Assembly (NCBI GenBank): GCA_030390025.1
Contig: CM059432.1
Location: 137,208,001-137,272,000 of the forward strand
From: Squalus acanthias
Taxonomy: Eukaryota
DNA: 64,000 nt
Direction of reading: 5' to 3'
Below the pieces are notes generated by a model. It saw only the letters and a list, made by a program, of their open reading frames with translations, ran no database searches and was not told the DNA's origin. How positions within the stretch are numbered: position 1 is the stretch's first letter; each line of letters starts with the position of its first letter. Positions 12,125 through 24,703 of the stretch are shown here, piece by piece. The position numbers were made by a program, and so were the translations under genes.

Positions 12125-13787
12125 TGTAAGGGGTGACCTGCGGCTCTGTGCTTAGCCTAGGTGCTAGTGCGAGGTTAGGCCTTGTTGCCTGTTCTGGTCT
12201 CCAGCCAGCCTGGTAACACTAGACACCTGTGAGTGGTTCGACCCACTCGCCCTTACGGTTCTGACACTGGACTTAGGTGCGAGAGCAATAATGCAGAGAA
12301 AACTCAGGTAGACCCGGTTGAATAGTGCGAAATGGAAAATCTTTATTGCATATTATTCAAGATTACGAGATACATGTCATAAGCACAGATTAATGACAGT
12401 ACAATCTTACACACAGTTATGTAACTAATTTTAGGGAAACGAGGAGCGCATGACACATCGAAAAAGGGGGCACACATTACAATTATCCTTAAAACTCAAA
12501 CCCTCCCCTATCAATACCTGTCCTAAACTAGATTTGTAGGATCGAGACTCATGCTCACCACTCATGATAACTCGGAGAATTCCGAAACTCTGCTCGGATG
12601 TTTTTACCGCAGCACCTGACTATCCACGTGTTGATCAGGGGTCTCTGTACCCCACTTGTTTACTCGCTTCTGCTCCGGCTAGCAGGCTGGACCGTCTGCT
12701 GTCATGAAGATCTGTGTTGTCCTCGGAGTTCCGACACTACTCAAAAAAAGAGTCTTCCTGTGCCCTCACCAGTTTGTAAAACTCAAAGAATGGTCTTCCT
12801 GGGCAAGGAAAGTGTTTATTCGACTTACAGGCGCGGTCGGGGCTTACTGACCGTGGCGATACGTATTGTCGTCTTCTTCTCTTCTCATCTCATCTCATCT
12901 CCTCTCGGGGCTTCAGTTCCAACACCGTTTACCGACTTCTCGGGATGGTGTGCCCGTTTCAAGGCCTCACAGCCCAGTTCTACACAGATCTTCGCGGCAA
13001 GCCACGAGGTTGATCCTAGCGGATCAGAGTCCAGAGCCGTCAGGCAAGAGAATAAAAGTTCAATAGTCTTCCAGCGAGTCAAAACAGCAAGAGCAGCAAG
13101 AGGCATGCGGCAAGAGACAAGAGCAACAAGGCAAGAGGCAAGAGAAAACAAGAGACAGATGGACGGTTGTACCTTACAGTTATAGTGCTGTAATTCCTCT
13201 TTTCCCGCCCAATCTTAATGTCTATCCTTTGTCAGGGTTTTGGCGCTCAAACTTCTTGTATAGGGTGATCTCCGTTTTTAATAGGTTTCGGTGATACTTG
13301 TAACTGTCTGAGTACCCGTTAATACTTCTCCCATTGTGGAACCGGCCAGTAGTCTCCCTGGAGGGGTTTTGGGGCTTCCAAATGCTTTCTGTAACTACCC
13401 GCAAAGGGCTCTCTCATCGTAGAGTCGTGGGGATTTTGCATATTAATGTCTTTGGATGGGTCCTTGATCGCTCGGTACAATAGCCCTTATTCACACCTGG
13501 GAGACCGATTCCAGTATTTAGGTATAAAATGCAAACCCATTATGTCTTGTCAATTATCTCAAATGTGCTGAGTCCTGTACGATCTTGCACAAATGTTTAT
13601 TGGAACGCCATCTTGTCTGCTCATTGAAAGTCTAGAACGTTCTGCCACGAGGCGTGGCGGCCATTTTACAGGCTGTTTGTGTCCACTTTGAAAACCTGAC
13701 AGCATTCTGCTGAAATAAAGCTGTTTGTACGAAACTATATGTCTCCTTCTTATTTTATAAAATCGCGATAATTTTGCGAATTCTACA
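12125..13787 (-). mobile_element. Solo LTR (1663 bp)
   Basis: TGTAAG...CTACA termini; perfect 4-bp TSD AGAA; inserted in CR1 at GTGAGAA|TGTGG; minus-strand AATAAA at about 12342. Confidence 0.88.
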
Positions 13788-14398
13788 AGAATGTGGAACT
13801 CGCTACCACAGGAAGTGGTTGAAGCGAATAGCATAGATGCATTTAAGGAGAGGCTAGATAAGCATATGAGGGAGAAGGGAATAGAGGGTTATACTGATCG
13901 AGTTAGATGAGGAAGGATGGGAGGAGGCTCGAGTGGAGCATAAATGCCAATATGGACTGGTTGGGCCGAATGGCCTGGTTCTGTGCTGTATATTCTATGT
14001 AATTCTATGTAATTGATTGGCGGAACAGGCTCAAGGGGCTGAATGGCCTACTCCAATGTTCCTCATGTGCCATAGCAAGATCTGGTCACTTCTGCCTGCA
14101 GATGTATGGATGTGGGTACTGGTGGGTGGGCACAGAACACGCCACACATCTCAACCTTTCAGGCATCCTGCCAGTGATGCGTCACTTCTTCCCAACACCT
14201 CACGTCAAGAGGATTCTCACTAGGAAACTTGTTGGTGGCAGAAATGTACTGTGGAAAAATATATAAAACAACTGAAACAATTAGAGCCCAAGTGCTCAAT
14301 GAAAAAGCTGTGAAATTGCCTCCAAAACAAGCCTCTTTCCAGTCCTATAAACGCATTTATTTGTACTGCTCAGGGCCTAACAACTTTGAACCCTCAGT

Positions 14399-15008
14399 CA
14401 GGGACAGCCTTAGGAAAATGGCGTCCTGGGTGAACATATATTTTGCCGCCCTTTCTTTGAGTTTAGGGATGTAGTAGTATTAGGGAAAGTTTGAGAAATA
14501 AAGCTGTAATCTCAAAAGTTTTTTTATAATTTAAATAATAAACGACATAAGTCATAAAAAATAACATTATAGCTGAGTGATAAATTAACTAAACATTAAA
14601 TTAAACACTAAACTAATAAATAGCAAAAACAAATACAAAACTTTGTTCACTAAGATATTTTGAGCCATTTCATTCTGGATAGACAGGATGGCCAACGAAG
14701 ATAGTCTGTCGTCTCCCATGGTCGATCGCAAATACGTTTTTATGAGCTTTGACTCCCAGAAGCTCCATTTGCTGCTCGCCACCGATATGGGCGTGGTTAA
14801 CAGGATCCATGTGTTTGGGAACTTGCTCGTGAAACTTGAAGTTTGCTCTTTTTGAGGAGGGCTACAGTCTGCTGGAAGAAGACTTTCGAGATGGCCACGT
14901 TCTTCGCAGAGGTCGACGCCGTTACTCTGACCCTCTTGACCACGGCGCCCCCATGACCACGACGCCCTGGGCGGTCGCCCAGGACGCCCACCCGTAAGGC
15001 CGGCCCTG
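14399..15008 (-). mobile_element. Non-autonomous hAT element retaining the transposase C-terminal dimerization-domain fragment
   Basis: TIRs CAGGGACAGCCTTA / TAAGGCCGGCCCTG; perfect 8-bp TSD CCCTCAGT; minus frame PISVASSKWSF..KLIKTYLRSTMGDDRLSSLAILSI matches the hATC motif. Confidence 0.92.
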
Positions 15009-15059
15009 CCCTCAGTTAAAGTTGGTGTTATGGGTCTCTGCCCCTTTTTCTTCATCCCA

Positions 15060-15282
15060 TGACTAGTTTCGATTGCCTAAGAGGAATTTCCCAGATTTTT
15101 TTTCCCCAAATTGGCCTGGGTTTTTCATCGGGTTTTTCTCCTCTCCCAGGAGATCACAAGGCTCCGACATGGTGGGGTGGGGAGTGTCTGTATCGTGATG
15201 CACAAGGCATCACAAATCGTGCGGGACAGGCTGGATGGACCAGAGGGTCTTTTCCTGTCCATCATTGCTCCTATGTTTGTAA
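15060..15282 (+). mobile_element. CR1-type 3' UTR fragment
   Basis: GGACAGGCTGGATGGACCAGAGGGTCTTTTCCTGTCC hairpin-type 3' end followed by CTATGT. Confidence 0.5.
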
Positions 15283-16239
15283 CCTAATTCTCCAGAAACT
15301 GGCACACGAGATTTTAGGAGGAGGAAAATCATCCCAGCATTTCTATCAATACTCCAGGGTATATTATTGATGTTACTAATCTGTTGAAAGCTGCTAAGGG
15401 CCATTCAATACTTGAAGGTGTTTTACTGTCCTTAAAGAAATCTTTAGTGTTATTGTTAGAATGAGATCATTTCATATATTGCTGAAAATAAGATACTATA
15501 ATGTGTGAAATATCATTGATAAACTGTCAGTCAGATTACATCTTTCTTTTGATATGCACCATTCCAGTAACAAGTTGACTTGAAAGCGTATCTACTAGTT
15601 TATTTACTGAGAGCAAGAACGTCTGCTGTAGCAGATGAAATGGAGCGACAGTTACTGAAGCAGACAGATAGTTTAATACAGATCAGCAAAATAGATGGAA
15701 GAAGTGGGGCGATTCCCTTCACCCATTTGCTCCTGCTTAAGTTGGGCAGTGCTCCATAAAACTTCAACTGAACCAATTGTCTTTCTGCATCCGGCTGTTT
15801 TAAATATTTTTGGTTGAGCGCCAGGCAGGATTATCACCTCGGATTTGGTTCAAATGGCAATAAAAATGGAGGACTGCCAGTTCCTGACAGAAGCATCAGC
15901 CAAATGGCCTCCCGTCTCACAGTACAACCCTGCTGGACCAAAACATTTAGCTACTTATTTTTTTACAGCGGTCTCAGGAAGTGGCTGGCCGTCCCTTTTA
16001 CTGATTTACTAGGTTTGAAGCAGGTTATTGAATAGTGCATTCAAGAATCTGTAAGGAAATTCTGATCAGTGCCTTATTAGTGAAAATGTTGTCAACCCAA
16101 TCGGAAGTACTCAAGTGGCAACGCAGGTTAACAAGGCCATAAAAAATGCAAGCAAAGCACTGGGTTCATTTCGAGAGGAATAGAATTGAAAAACAGAGAA
16201 GTTATGTTAAACTTGTATAGAACCTTGGTTAAACCACAC

Positions 16240-16809
16240 TTTTTTTATACGCATTCATGGGATGTGGGCATCGCTAACAGGGCCAGCATTTATTGCCCAT
16301 CCCTAATTGCCCTTGGGAAGGTGGTGTTGAGCCGCCTTCTTGAACCGCTGCAGTCTGTGTGGTGAAGGTACTCCCACAGTGCTGTTAGGGAGTGAGTTCT
16401 GGGATTTTGACCCAGTGACAATGAAGGAACGGCGATATATTTCCAAGTCAGGATGGTGTGTGACTTGGAGGGGAACTTGGAGGTGGTGGTGTTCCCATGC
16501 ACCAGCTGCACCTGTCCTAGGTGGTAGAGGTTGTGGGTTTGGGAGCTGCTGTTGAAGAAGCCTTGGCGAGTTGCTGCAGTGCATCTTGCAGATGGTACAC
16601 ACTGCAGCCACGGTACGCCGGTGGTGGAGGGAGTGAATGTTTAAGGTGGTGGATGGGGTGCCAATCAAGCAGGCTGCTTTGTCCTGGATGGTGTCAAGCT
16701 TCTTGAGTGTTGTTGGGGCTGCACTCATCCAGGCAAGTGGAGAGTATTCCATCACACTCCTGACTTGTGCCTTGTGGAAAGGCTTTGGAGAGTCAAGAGG
16801 TGAGTCACT
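16240..16809 (-). mobile_element. Family B LINE 3' fragment
   Basis: Minus ORF 16303-16866 contains KAQVRSVMEYSPLAW; T-rich tail at about 16240. Confidence 0.85.
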
Positions 16810-16852
16810 TAGAATATTGTGTACAGTTCTGGTCATAATATTAATAAAAGAA

Positions 16853-17985
16853 TGAAAGACTTGCATTTATTTAGCACCTTTCAAAACCTCTGAACGTCCC
16901 AAAGCGCTTTACAGCCATTGAAGTAAGTCACTTGTAATCCCACAGTGCTGCTGTAATGTAGGAATCGCAGCAGCCAATTTGCACACACCAAGCTCTCACA
17001 AACAGCAATGTGATAACGACCAGATAGTCTGTTTTAGTGATGTTGATTGAGGAAAATATTGGCAAGGACACCGGGGAGAACTCTCTTGCTCTACTTCAAG
17101 ACAGTGCCATGGGATCGTTTACATCCACCTAAGAGGGCCTCGGTTTAACGTCTCATCCGAAAGACGGCACCTCCGACAGAGCGGCACTCCCTCAGTACTG
17201 CACTGGAGTGTACAGCGGTTGGTGCTGTTCCCTGCATTTCTCTTGTAATTGACGTGCGGTGAAGATCATGTCCATTGTGCCCCTTAGTGGGCGGAATCTG
17301 CATTGCGACTCTGGGAGGAGCTCTTCGGCCACTGGGAGAAGGCGATTGAGGAGGATTCTTGCGATGACTTTCCCTGTGGCCGACAGCAGGGAAACTCCTC
17401 TGTAATTACCGCAATCGGACTTGTCACTTTTCTTGAAGATGGTCACAATTACGGCGTCTCTGAAATCCCTTGGCATGCTCTCCTCCTTCCATATAAGAGA
17501 AATGAGTTCATGAATTCGCACCAGTAGCAGGTGGGCAGAGGAAATGCTTCAAGGACACCCTCAAAGCCTCCTTGAAAAAGTGTAACATCCCCACCGACAC
17601 CTGGGAATCCCTGGCCCAAGACCGCACAAAGTGGAGGAGAAGCATCCGGGAAGGTGCCGAACACCTCGAGTCTCTTCGCCGGGAGCAAGCGGAAGCCAAG
17701 CGCAGGCAGCGCAAGGAGCGCACGTCAACCCAAGCACCCCACTCACCTGCTCCTTCAACCACCGTCTGCCCCACCTGTGACAGAGACCGCATTGGACTTA
17801 TCAGTCACCTGAGAACTCATTTTTAATGGGGAAGTAAGTCATCCTCGGTTCTGAGGGACTGCCTAAGACTGCCTAAGACTGGAGTGTCAGCTTAGATCTT
17901 TGTGCTCAAGTCTCTGGAGTGGGCCGTGAACCCACAACCTTCTGACTCAGAGGCGAGTTTGCGACCCACTGAATCATGGCTGACA
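16853..17985 (-). mobile_element. tRNA-derived DeuSINE (SacSINE1-like), interrupted by RTE
   Basis: Reverse complement of the full SINE at 35350-35810; split at CACTGGAGTGT by the RTE insertion. Confidence 0.85.
17212..17877. mobile_element. RTE-clade LINE with 5' inversion
   Basis: Minus segment DAVIVTIFKK.DKSDCGNYRGVSLLS..GKVIARILLNRL..LLPESQC.FR joined at about 17528 to a plus-strand C-terminus (GQRK.FKDTLKASLK..CPTCDR..IGLISHLRTH); tail (GACTGCCTAA)2; 10-bp TSD ACTGGAGTGT. Confidence 0.9.
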
Positions 17986-19175
17986 TTATGAAAAGGATAT
18001 AGAGGCACCAGAGAAAGTGCAAGAAAGATTTACAAGGATCATACCAGAACTGAGAGGTTCTAACTATCAGGAAAGACTGAACAGGCTGGGGCTCTTTTCT
18101 CTAGAAAAGAGAATGCTGAGGCACGACACAATAGAGATCTTTAAAATTACGAAGAGGTTTGCCAGGGTAGATGTAGGGATGTTTCCACTTGTGGGGGAGT
18201 TTATAACTAGGATCAAAAATATAAGATAGTCACTAATAAATACAATGAGGAATTCAGAAGAAACTTCTTTACCTAGAGAGCGGTGAGAATGTGGAACTTT
18301 AAGGGGAATCTAGACAGGGTTGTAGGTTACAGAGATAAGGAGGGGCGAGGCCGTGGTGGGATTTGAAAATAAGGGAGAAAGGAATAGAATGATATGCTGA
18401 TGGGGTTAGATGAAGTAGGGTGGGAGGCAGCTTGTGTGGAGCATAAACAACAGCACAGAACAGTTGAGCCGACTGGCCTACTGTGCTGTAAATTCTGTGT
18501 AATTCTACAAAATCAAATAATGATTTTCTACACTAAAAATGTACTGAATTTTCCTTAAAGAAAGGTGATTTGAACAAGCATGTTTAGCTAGATTGCAAAC
18601 TTGGCTGCCCTGCAGATTCACAGGGAGCTCATTAACTTAAAAGTCATATTTTCACAAAGAAAATCCAGTTGTCTTCTTCCCATGGGGGCTAGCAGCATAA
18701 CTGTGGGATGAGCTCAGTGTGCCTGTTGCTCGAAGGCAGGGCAGAACATTGCCCAAAGAAGCCAGATGTAACTACTAAAAAAAAACTACCGCTTTACTTT
18801 TGGTAACATTAGAAAAAGAATCATAGGCCTAGAAATTCGTTATAGCCAAGAAATGGGCAGTGCTTAGACTAAAAATGGTTAAGTAGCGCCAGTTGAAAAT
18901 CATCTAGGCTGCACACAAAATTTGTCCTCACTCCTCATTACAATGATTGCAGTCATGATTCTAGTCTAAAAATCCAAGCTCATTGGCGTTACACTGAAAA
19001 GATGGACCAATGTCGGGTGTAGTCTAAACTCAAGTAATGATTGCCACAGGCTTTTTTCACTACTTAAAGGGGAGGTCCATTGATGCTACAGCACCTCATT
19101 CTCAGCATTGTTGGGTGTGCAGCTGCCTCAACAACCATAAGAAGAAGGACAAGGAGAAGGAGCAATTATTTACAA

Positions 19176-19422
19176 ATGCTGATGGCAGATCACCGCCCCA
19201 GGGAGAGAGCCCAGATGTTTTCGGATGAAACTTTGGAGGCATTGGTTTCAGTGGTGGAGAGAAGGCGGATGGTCCTGTACCCGTCAACTGGCAGGAGGCC
19301 CTCGCCACAAGTCTGCCGGACGATGTGGAGGGAGGTGGCACACCACATCACAGGCAGCACTCTGGTCCCCAACCCACACGCAGTGCAGGAGGAAGTTTCA
19401 CGAGTTCACACGGGTGGGCAGG
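19176..19422 (+). pseudogene. Harbinger Myb/SANT-like DNA-binding protein exon 1, frameshifted
   Basis: RERAQMFSDETLEALVSVVERRRMVLYP..MWREVA..TQCRRKFHEFTR followed by a GTGAGT donor. Confidence 0.8.
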
Positions 19423-19989
19423 GTGAGTGAAGACTTCAACAAATGCTACATACCACTATCTGTACCACAAGCTTCACACACTGCTCAATGCACCACACCC
19501 CCAGCACTCACTCACCAACAATGTCTACATAGCAACACTCACACCCACATCTCACACCTTGCACACAATGACAGTTATTCAACTATGGCAGGCACAAGGG
19601 TCATTAGTTATTAGAATTCATATCATATGTGTGATCTATTTATAGATAAATTTATTAAGTGTGTTTGGAATATTTTATGGTCTCTCTCATTTCACCTTTT
19701 TAACCAGGAGGACACTGTGATACGCCATGAGACAGGGATTGGATGATGGGGATGTGGTGAGCTACGAGGATCTGGGGTTTCATTCACGTCAATCGGAGTC
19801 TGATGAGCCGGTCACAGACAGCCCGTCCAGAAGACCGATTGTCTTGCTGCCTCCGCCCTCCCTCCTGTTCCTGTTCATCCTCCTTGTCCTCTTCCTCCTC
19901 ATCCTCTTCCTCCTTATCCTCCTCTGCCTCGTCGTCCTCCTGAGGTAATCCCACAATCCTGCAGCCCCCATGACTGTGAGGAAGTGTTG

Positions 19990-21326
19990 TGCTGTTGCCA
20001 CAGTACCGAAACGGCTCTCATCAAAGTCATAAATGACATCCTTTGTGACTGTGACAAAGGTAAACTATCCCTCCTCGTCCTTCTTCACTTGACTGCAACC
20101 TTTGACACAGTTGACCACTCCATCCTTCTCCAACGCCTCTCCACCGTCGTCCAGCTGGGTGGGACTGCACTCGCCTGGTTCCATTCTTATCTATCTAATC
20201 GTAACCAGAGAATCACCTGCAATGGCTTCTCTTCCAGCTCCCGCATCATTACCTCTGGTGTCCCCCAAGGATCTATCCTTGACCCCTTCCTATTTCTCAT
20301 CTACATGTTGCCCCTTGGCGACATCATCCGAAAACAAAGCGTCAGTTTCCACATGTACACTGACGACACCCAGCTCTACCTCACTACCTCTTTTCTCGAC
20401 CCCTCCACAGTGTCTAAATTGTCAGACTGCTTATCCGATATACAGTTCTGGATGAGCAGAAATTTTCTCCAATTAAATATTGGGAAGACCGAAGCCATTA
20501 TTTTCGGTCCCCACCACAAACTCCGTTCCCTAGCCACTGACTCCATCCCTCTCCCTAACAGCTGTCTGAGGCTGAACCACACCGTTTGCAACCTTGGTGT
20601 CATATTTGACCCTGAAATAAGCTTCCGACTACATATCCGCAGCATAACAAAGACCGCCTACTTCCACCTCCATAACATCGCCCGTCTCCGCCCTTGTCTC
20701 AGCTCATCCGCTGCTGAAACCCTCATCCATGCCTTTGTTACCTCTAGACTTGACTATTCCAATGCACTCCTGGGTGGCCTCCCACATTCCACCCTACGTA
20801 AACTTGAGGTCATCCAAAACTCAGCCGTCCATGTCCTAACTCGCACCAAGTCCCGTTCGCCCATCTCCCCTGTGCTCGCTGACCTACATTGGCTCCTGGT
20901 TAAGCAGCGCCTCGATTTCAAAATTCTCATCCTTGTTTTCAAATTCATCCATGGCCTCGCCCCTTCCTATCTTTGTAATCTCCTCCAGCCCCACAACCTT
21001 CCTGCTGAAGATATCTGCGCTCCTCTAATTCTGCCCTCTTGAGCATCCCTGATTATAATCGCTCAACCATTGGTGGCCGTGCCTTCTGTTGCCTAGGCCC
21101 TAAGCTCTGGAATTCCCTACCTAAACCTCTCTGCCTCGCTCCCTCTCTTTCCTCCTTTAAACAGCTCCTTAAAACCTACCTCTTTGACCAAGCTTTTGGT
21201 CACCTGCCCTAATTTATACTTATGTGGCTCGGTGTCAAATTTTTTGTCTTAAAATACTCCTGTGCAGCGCCTTGGGACGTTTTACTACATTAAAGGCGCT
21301 ATATAAATACAAGTTGTTGTTGTTGT
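19990..21326 (+). mobile_element. L2 LINE, 5'-truncated; long open RT frame (19984-21042) but likely catalytically dead
   Basis: HSTETALIKVINDIL..LLVLLHLTATFDTVDH (conserved D replaced by H), GVPQGSIL, YTDDTQLY; (TTG)n tail. Confidence 0.95.
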
Positions 21327-21829
21327 GAGCAGAAGCCTTTCACAAATAATGAGTGACTTCTGCACTTGAGAAAACACTCCCTGTCACCAAAAAAACTTGA
21401 AATAACTAAAGAAAGCATTTTCAGTTGCAGGAAGTAGTAATCATCCACTGAAACTGCAGAACCATGTTAGTTGGAGCTGATCAGGGATGGTACCTTTAAA
21501 TATCACTGCTGCAGCCTGCTTCCTGCTGGTAGATGCCAGCTCTCCTTGTCATTGTTCTGCGCTGCTGTTAAGGTAAGTGGCGATAAGTGGTAAGATAACG
21601 AAAGTTGGGGGATCGGACGTCCAGTGAGCATTGCACACTCACTGACGTCACGCTCTCCATGTTGGTGAGGTCCCTGGTGACCGAGTTTACCGGCAGCACT
21701 ACCGGCAACACCGATATGGCATGCAGCGCTGGAACCGGCATCAGCTGTCGTTACAGCTGTCAATGGCATTTTAGCGCCACCTTGTGGTGCTAACGTGTGT
21801 CGCAAACCACATGAATTTCTGGCCCCTGG

Positions 21830-22160
21830 AATTGTACAACACAGAAAGAAGCAATTCGAAGAGCAATCCAGTTAGTCCCACTCCCCCGCTCTTTCTCCAT
21901 ATCCCTGCAATTATTTCCCCTTCAAGTATTTATCCAATTCCCTTTTGAAGGCTACTATTGAATCTGTTTCCACCACCCTATCAGGCAGTGCATTCCAAAT
22001 CCTAACCACTCGTTGCATAAAAAGGTTTTTGCCAATCACCTTAAATCTGTTCCCTCTCGTTATTGAGCCTTCAGCCATTGGAAACAGTTTCTCTTTATTT
22101 ACTCTATATATAACCCTTCATGATTTTAAACACCTCTATCAAATCTTCTCTTAGCCTTCT
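21830..22160 (-). mobile_element. CR1 3' fragment
   Basis: Homologous to CR1 3' ends at 40320-40700 and 58803-59069. Confidence 0.8.
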
Positions 22161-22182
22161 CAGTCCCGCAGAGGACATCATC

Positions 22183-23038
22183 TGTAAGAAATCGTGAATT
22201 GGAAGAAATTGTGAATTGTAAAGAAATAATGGTTTTATAAAATAAATGGGTTTGCCCAGCTCGGCAGCCAGGATAAGCTGATGACACAGAAGAAACCAAT
22301 CATGTCAGATAAAGAGTTGCACAAAGAGCTGAGGTCGTTTACAAGGGCATAACACAGAAACAGGCCTTCATGTAGGCATAGCTAGGCCTGATAAGAGGTC
22401 GAGTAAGGAGCCTTATGATAAACAAACTGTCTTGGAGAAAGTGCAAGATGTCCAAACAAGAGATAAGCAGAGGGATGACCTCATGAGTCTGGGAGGGGTT
22501 TGCCATAGGTACCTATTCCCCTGTAATTGGACAATTGAATGGGTAACAAATGATTGACACGAGGTATCCACTGGCCCTCCCCCAAAATAAGGTATATAAA
22601 CGGGCAGCCGAAAGGGAAAAATAGGCAGAGAGGGGAAGAGCTTCCCCGGGGGAGGCAGAGAGGGGAAAGGCTTCCCCGGGATGAATTCACGCTAGCTTCA
22701 GCTTAACACCTTGGTCGAGTTCAACCTCTGAGGTGGATCCATGCTGGCTTCGGCTTAACACCCCCACCAGCCTGGGGAGACGACCAAAGAGGAAGAGACC
22801 ACTGCCACAGGCTGCAGGGATCTGAGACCACCGTTCTGCCTCAACCCCCTTCCACCCGTCCGTCCGTTCCGGGGCCGGTAAACCGTTCTCATCTGTTACG
22901 GGTTGTAGGTCTACTATGTCTATCCTGATTGCGTGTTGTACTTAACTATATTTGAACTGCCGCTCCTTAATAAAAATGACCTATGACTCCTAAGACCCTT
23001 TGGGTAATCTGTGTGTGACCTGTGATCCAAATCTTACA
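22183..23038 (+). mobile_element. Solo LTR (856 bp)
   Basis: Inverted termini TGTAAGA / TCTTACA; TATA GGTATATAAA at about 22591; AATAAA at about 22969; degenerate TSD CATC/TATT; internal short tandem duplications. Confidence 0.8.
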
Positions 23039-23204
23039 TATTCCATCAATAAATGGCTTGCAAAAGTTGAACAGCTTAACGTGTGTAAATCTATGTTGAT
23101 ATATATATATAAATAAAATTGTATAATTTAATGTGTTACTATTCCATTTCTATTATAAATATGTAATAAATATACAAATTATAAGGCCTATCACATTCAC
23201 ATGT

Positions 23205-23510
23205 ATAGGAAGGACCTATTTCCCTTAGCAGAGAGGTCAATAACCAGGGGGCATAGTTTTAAGGTAATTGGTAGAAGCATTACACCCAGAGGGTGGTGGG
23301 GGTCTGGAACTCACTGCCTGAAAGGGTGGTAGAGGCAGAAACCCTCATCACATTTAAAAATGACTTGGATACGCACTTGAAGTGCCGTAACCTACAGGGC
23401 TACGGACCAAGAGCTGGAACGTGCGATTAGGCTGGATAGCTCTTTTTCAGCCGGCACAGACACGATGGGCCGAATGACCTCCTTCTGTGCTGTAAATTTC
23501 TGTGATTCTC
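23205..23510 (+). mobile_element. CR1 3' fragment
   Basis: GAGGGTGGTGGGGGTCTGGAACTCACTGCCTG and GATGGGCCGAATG..CCTCCTTCTGTGCTGTAA 3' end. Confidence 0.8.
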
Positions 23511-24263
23511 AAGGGGCAGTTGACCCTATTTGAAATCTATAGGGTCAATTCTCCACTTCTGAGCTGAGTTCATATTGGGAAATCACACAAGCGAATCTCT
23601 TGATTTTCCATACAAAATTTAGCCTTATATATTACTCCAAAAGGACACTGGTGCATTGGAAGGGTTGAGAGAATAAAAAACAAGGGTGTCCCCATGCTTT
23701 GGAACTCTTAAGTTATGAGGTCAGGTTAACAGAATGGAACTCATTGAAGAATAGAAAGGTCAATTCCCTTTCTGACTCTTTAATGCTAATTCTTTCTTTT
23801 TAGAACCACATTTTCTTTTGATTATTTTGGTGTTGTTTAAATTTTGCACAGAGGCACAATCATGGGGTGTGATATAAATGCTGAATGCATTCACATGAAA
23901 TTCCTATTTAACAAAAGTGCCAATCATCTTAAAATAAACAGGCTAACGCCTCCAAGGAAATGAAATACACATTTCCAAAACAAATCAATTTAATTGTTTG
24001 AAAGCCAATATTTGCAAAGGGTATTTTAAAGATTTTTGTTACTAAAGTGCACTTGATATTATACTGTAATTGTGGTAAAGGTTATGGGATTAGTTGGTAA
24101 ATCAGATAAAATGTAAGGCTCTGTTCTGTTCTGTTAGCTGAACAGATTGGGTGAAATATTCCTCTGAGTGGTTGTGTGTATGGATATTGGCACGGTAGTG
24201 GGGGGGATGTCTTCTGATTTTAGAAACTAAGGCATCAATCTCCCCATTTGCTTTTTATTTTAA

Positions 24264-24692
24264 CAGCAACAACATCAACAATTTGCTTTTACATAGCGCC
24301 TTTAACGTAGTAAAACGTCCCAAGACACTTCAAAGGAGCGATTATCAAACAAAACTTGACATGGAGTTACATAAGGAGATATTAGGACAGGTGACCAAAC
24401 ACTTGGTCAAAGAGGTCGGTTTTAAGGAGCGTCTTAAAGGAGGAGAGGGAGATAGAGACGTTGAGAGGTTTACGGAGGGAATTCCAGAGCTGAGGGCCTA
24501 GGCAGCTGAAGGCACGGCCGCCAATGGTGGAGCGATGAAATTCAGGGATGCGCAGGAGGCCAGAATTGGAGGAGCGCAGAGATCTCGAAGGGTTGTACGG
24601 TTGGAGGAGGTTACAGAGATAGGGAGGGATTTGAAAACAAGGATGGGAATTTTTAAATCGAGACTTTGCCAGACCGGGAGCCAATGTAGGTC
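24264..24692 (-). mobile_element. L2 3' fragment
   Basis: Minus translation PYLCNLLQPYNPSRSLRSSNSGLL..GGRAFSCLGPQLWNSL; (CAA)n tail. Confidence 0.9.
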
Positions 24693-24703
24693 ATAGAGTC
24701 ATA

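Larger units (their letters stand above)
11005..14012 (+). mobile_element. CR1 LINE 3' part, split by a LINE (11533-12060) and a solo LTR (12125-13787)
   Basis: YRTLIRPHCVQFWSPYYKKD..LEKRRLRGDLIE; CR1 sequence resumes at 12061 and at 13788; tail (ATTCTATGTA)n. Confidence 0.88.
16110..18508 (+). mobile_element. CR1 LINE 3' part, split by a family B LINE and a SINE/RTE stack
   Basis: CR1 ORF2 sequence at 16110-16239, 16810-16850 and 17987-18508 (QERFTRIIPELRGSNYQERLNRLGLFSLEKR). Confidence 0.8.
18826..21825. mobile_element. Internally deleted Harbinger element with Myb/SANT exon 1 remnant, transposase tips and an L2 insertion
   Basis: TIRs GGCCTAGAAATT / AATTTCTGGCCC; interrupts a CR1 tail (AAGAATCATA|...GAATTGTACAACACAG); coding remnants listed separately. 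Confidence 0.8.

Noticed and set aside
12598..13185. 195-aa ORF as a gene
   Set aside because: It lies inside a solo LTR on the inferred antisense strand, is partly low complexity, and has no recognisable domain.
15610..15760. Protein-like frame DEMERQLLKQTDSLIQISKIDGRSG as an exon
   Set aside because: Weak acceptor, no recognisable homology and no partner exons.
19984..21042. 352-aa RT ORF as an active or domesticated gene
   Set aside because: It is a 5'-truncated L2 with no ATG start, the first catalytic Asp is replaced by His, and it is frameshifted at the 3' end.
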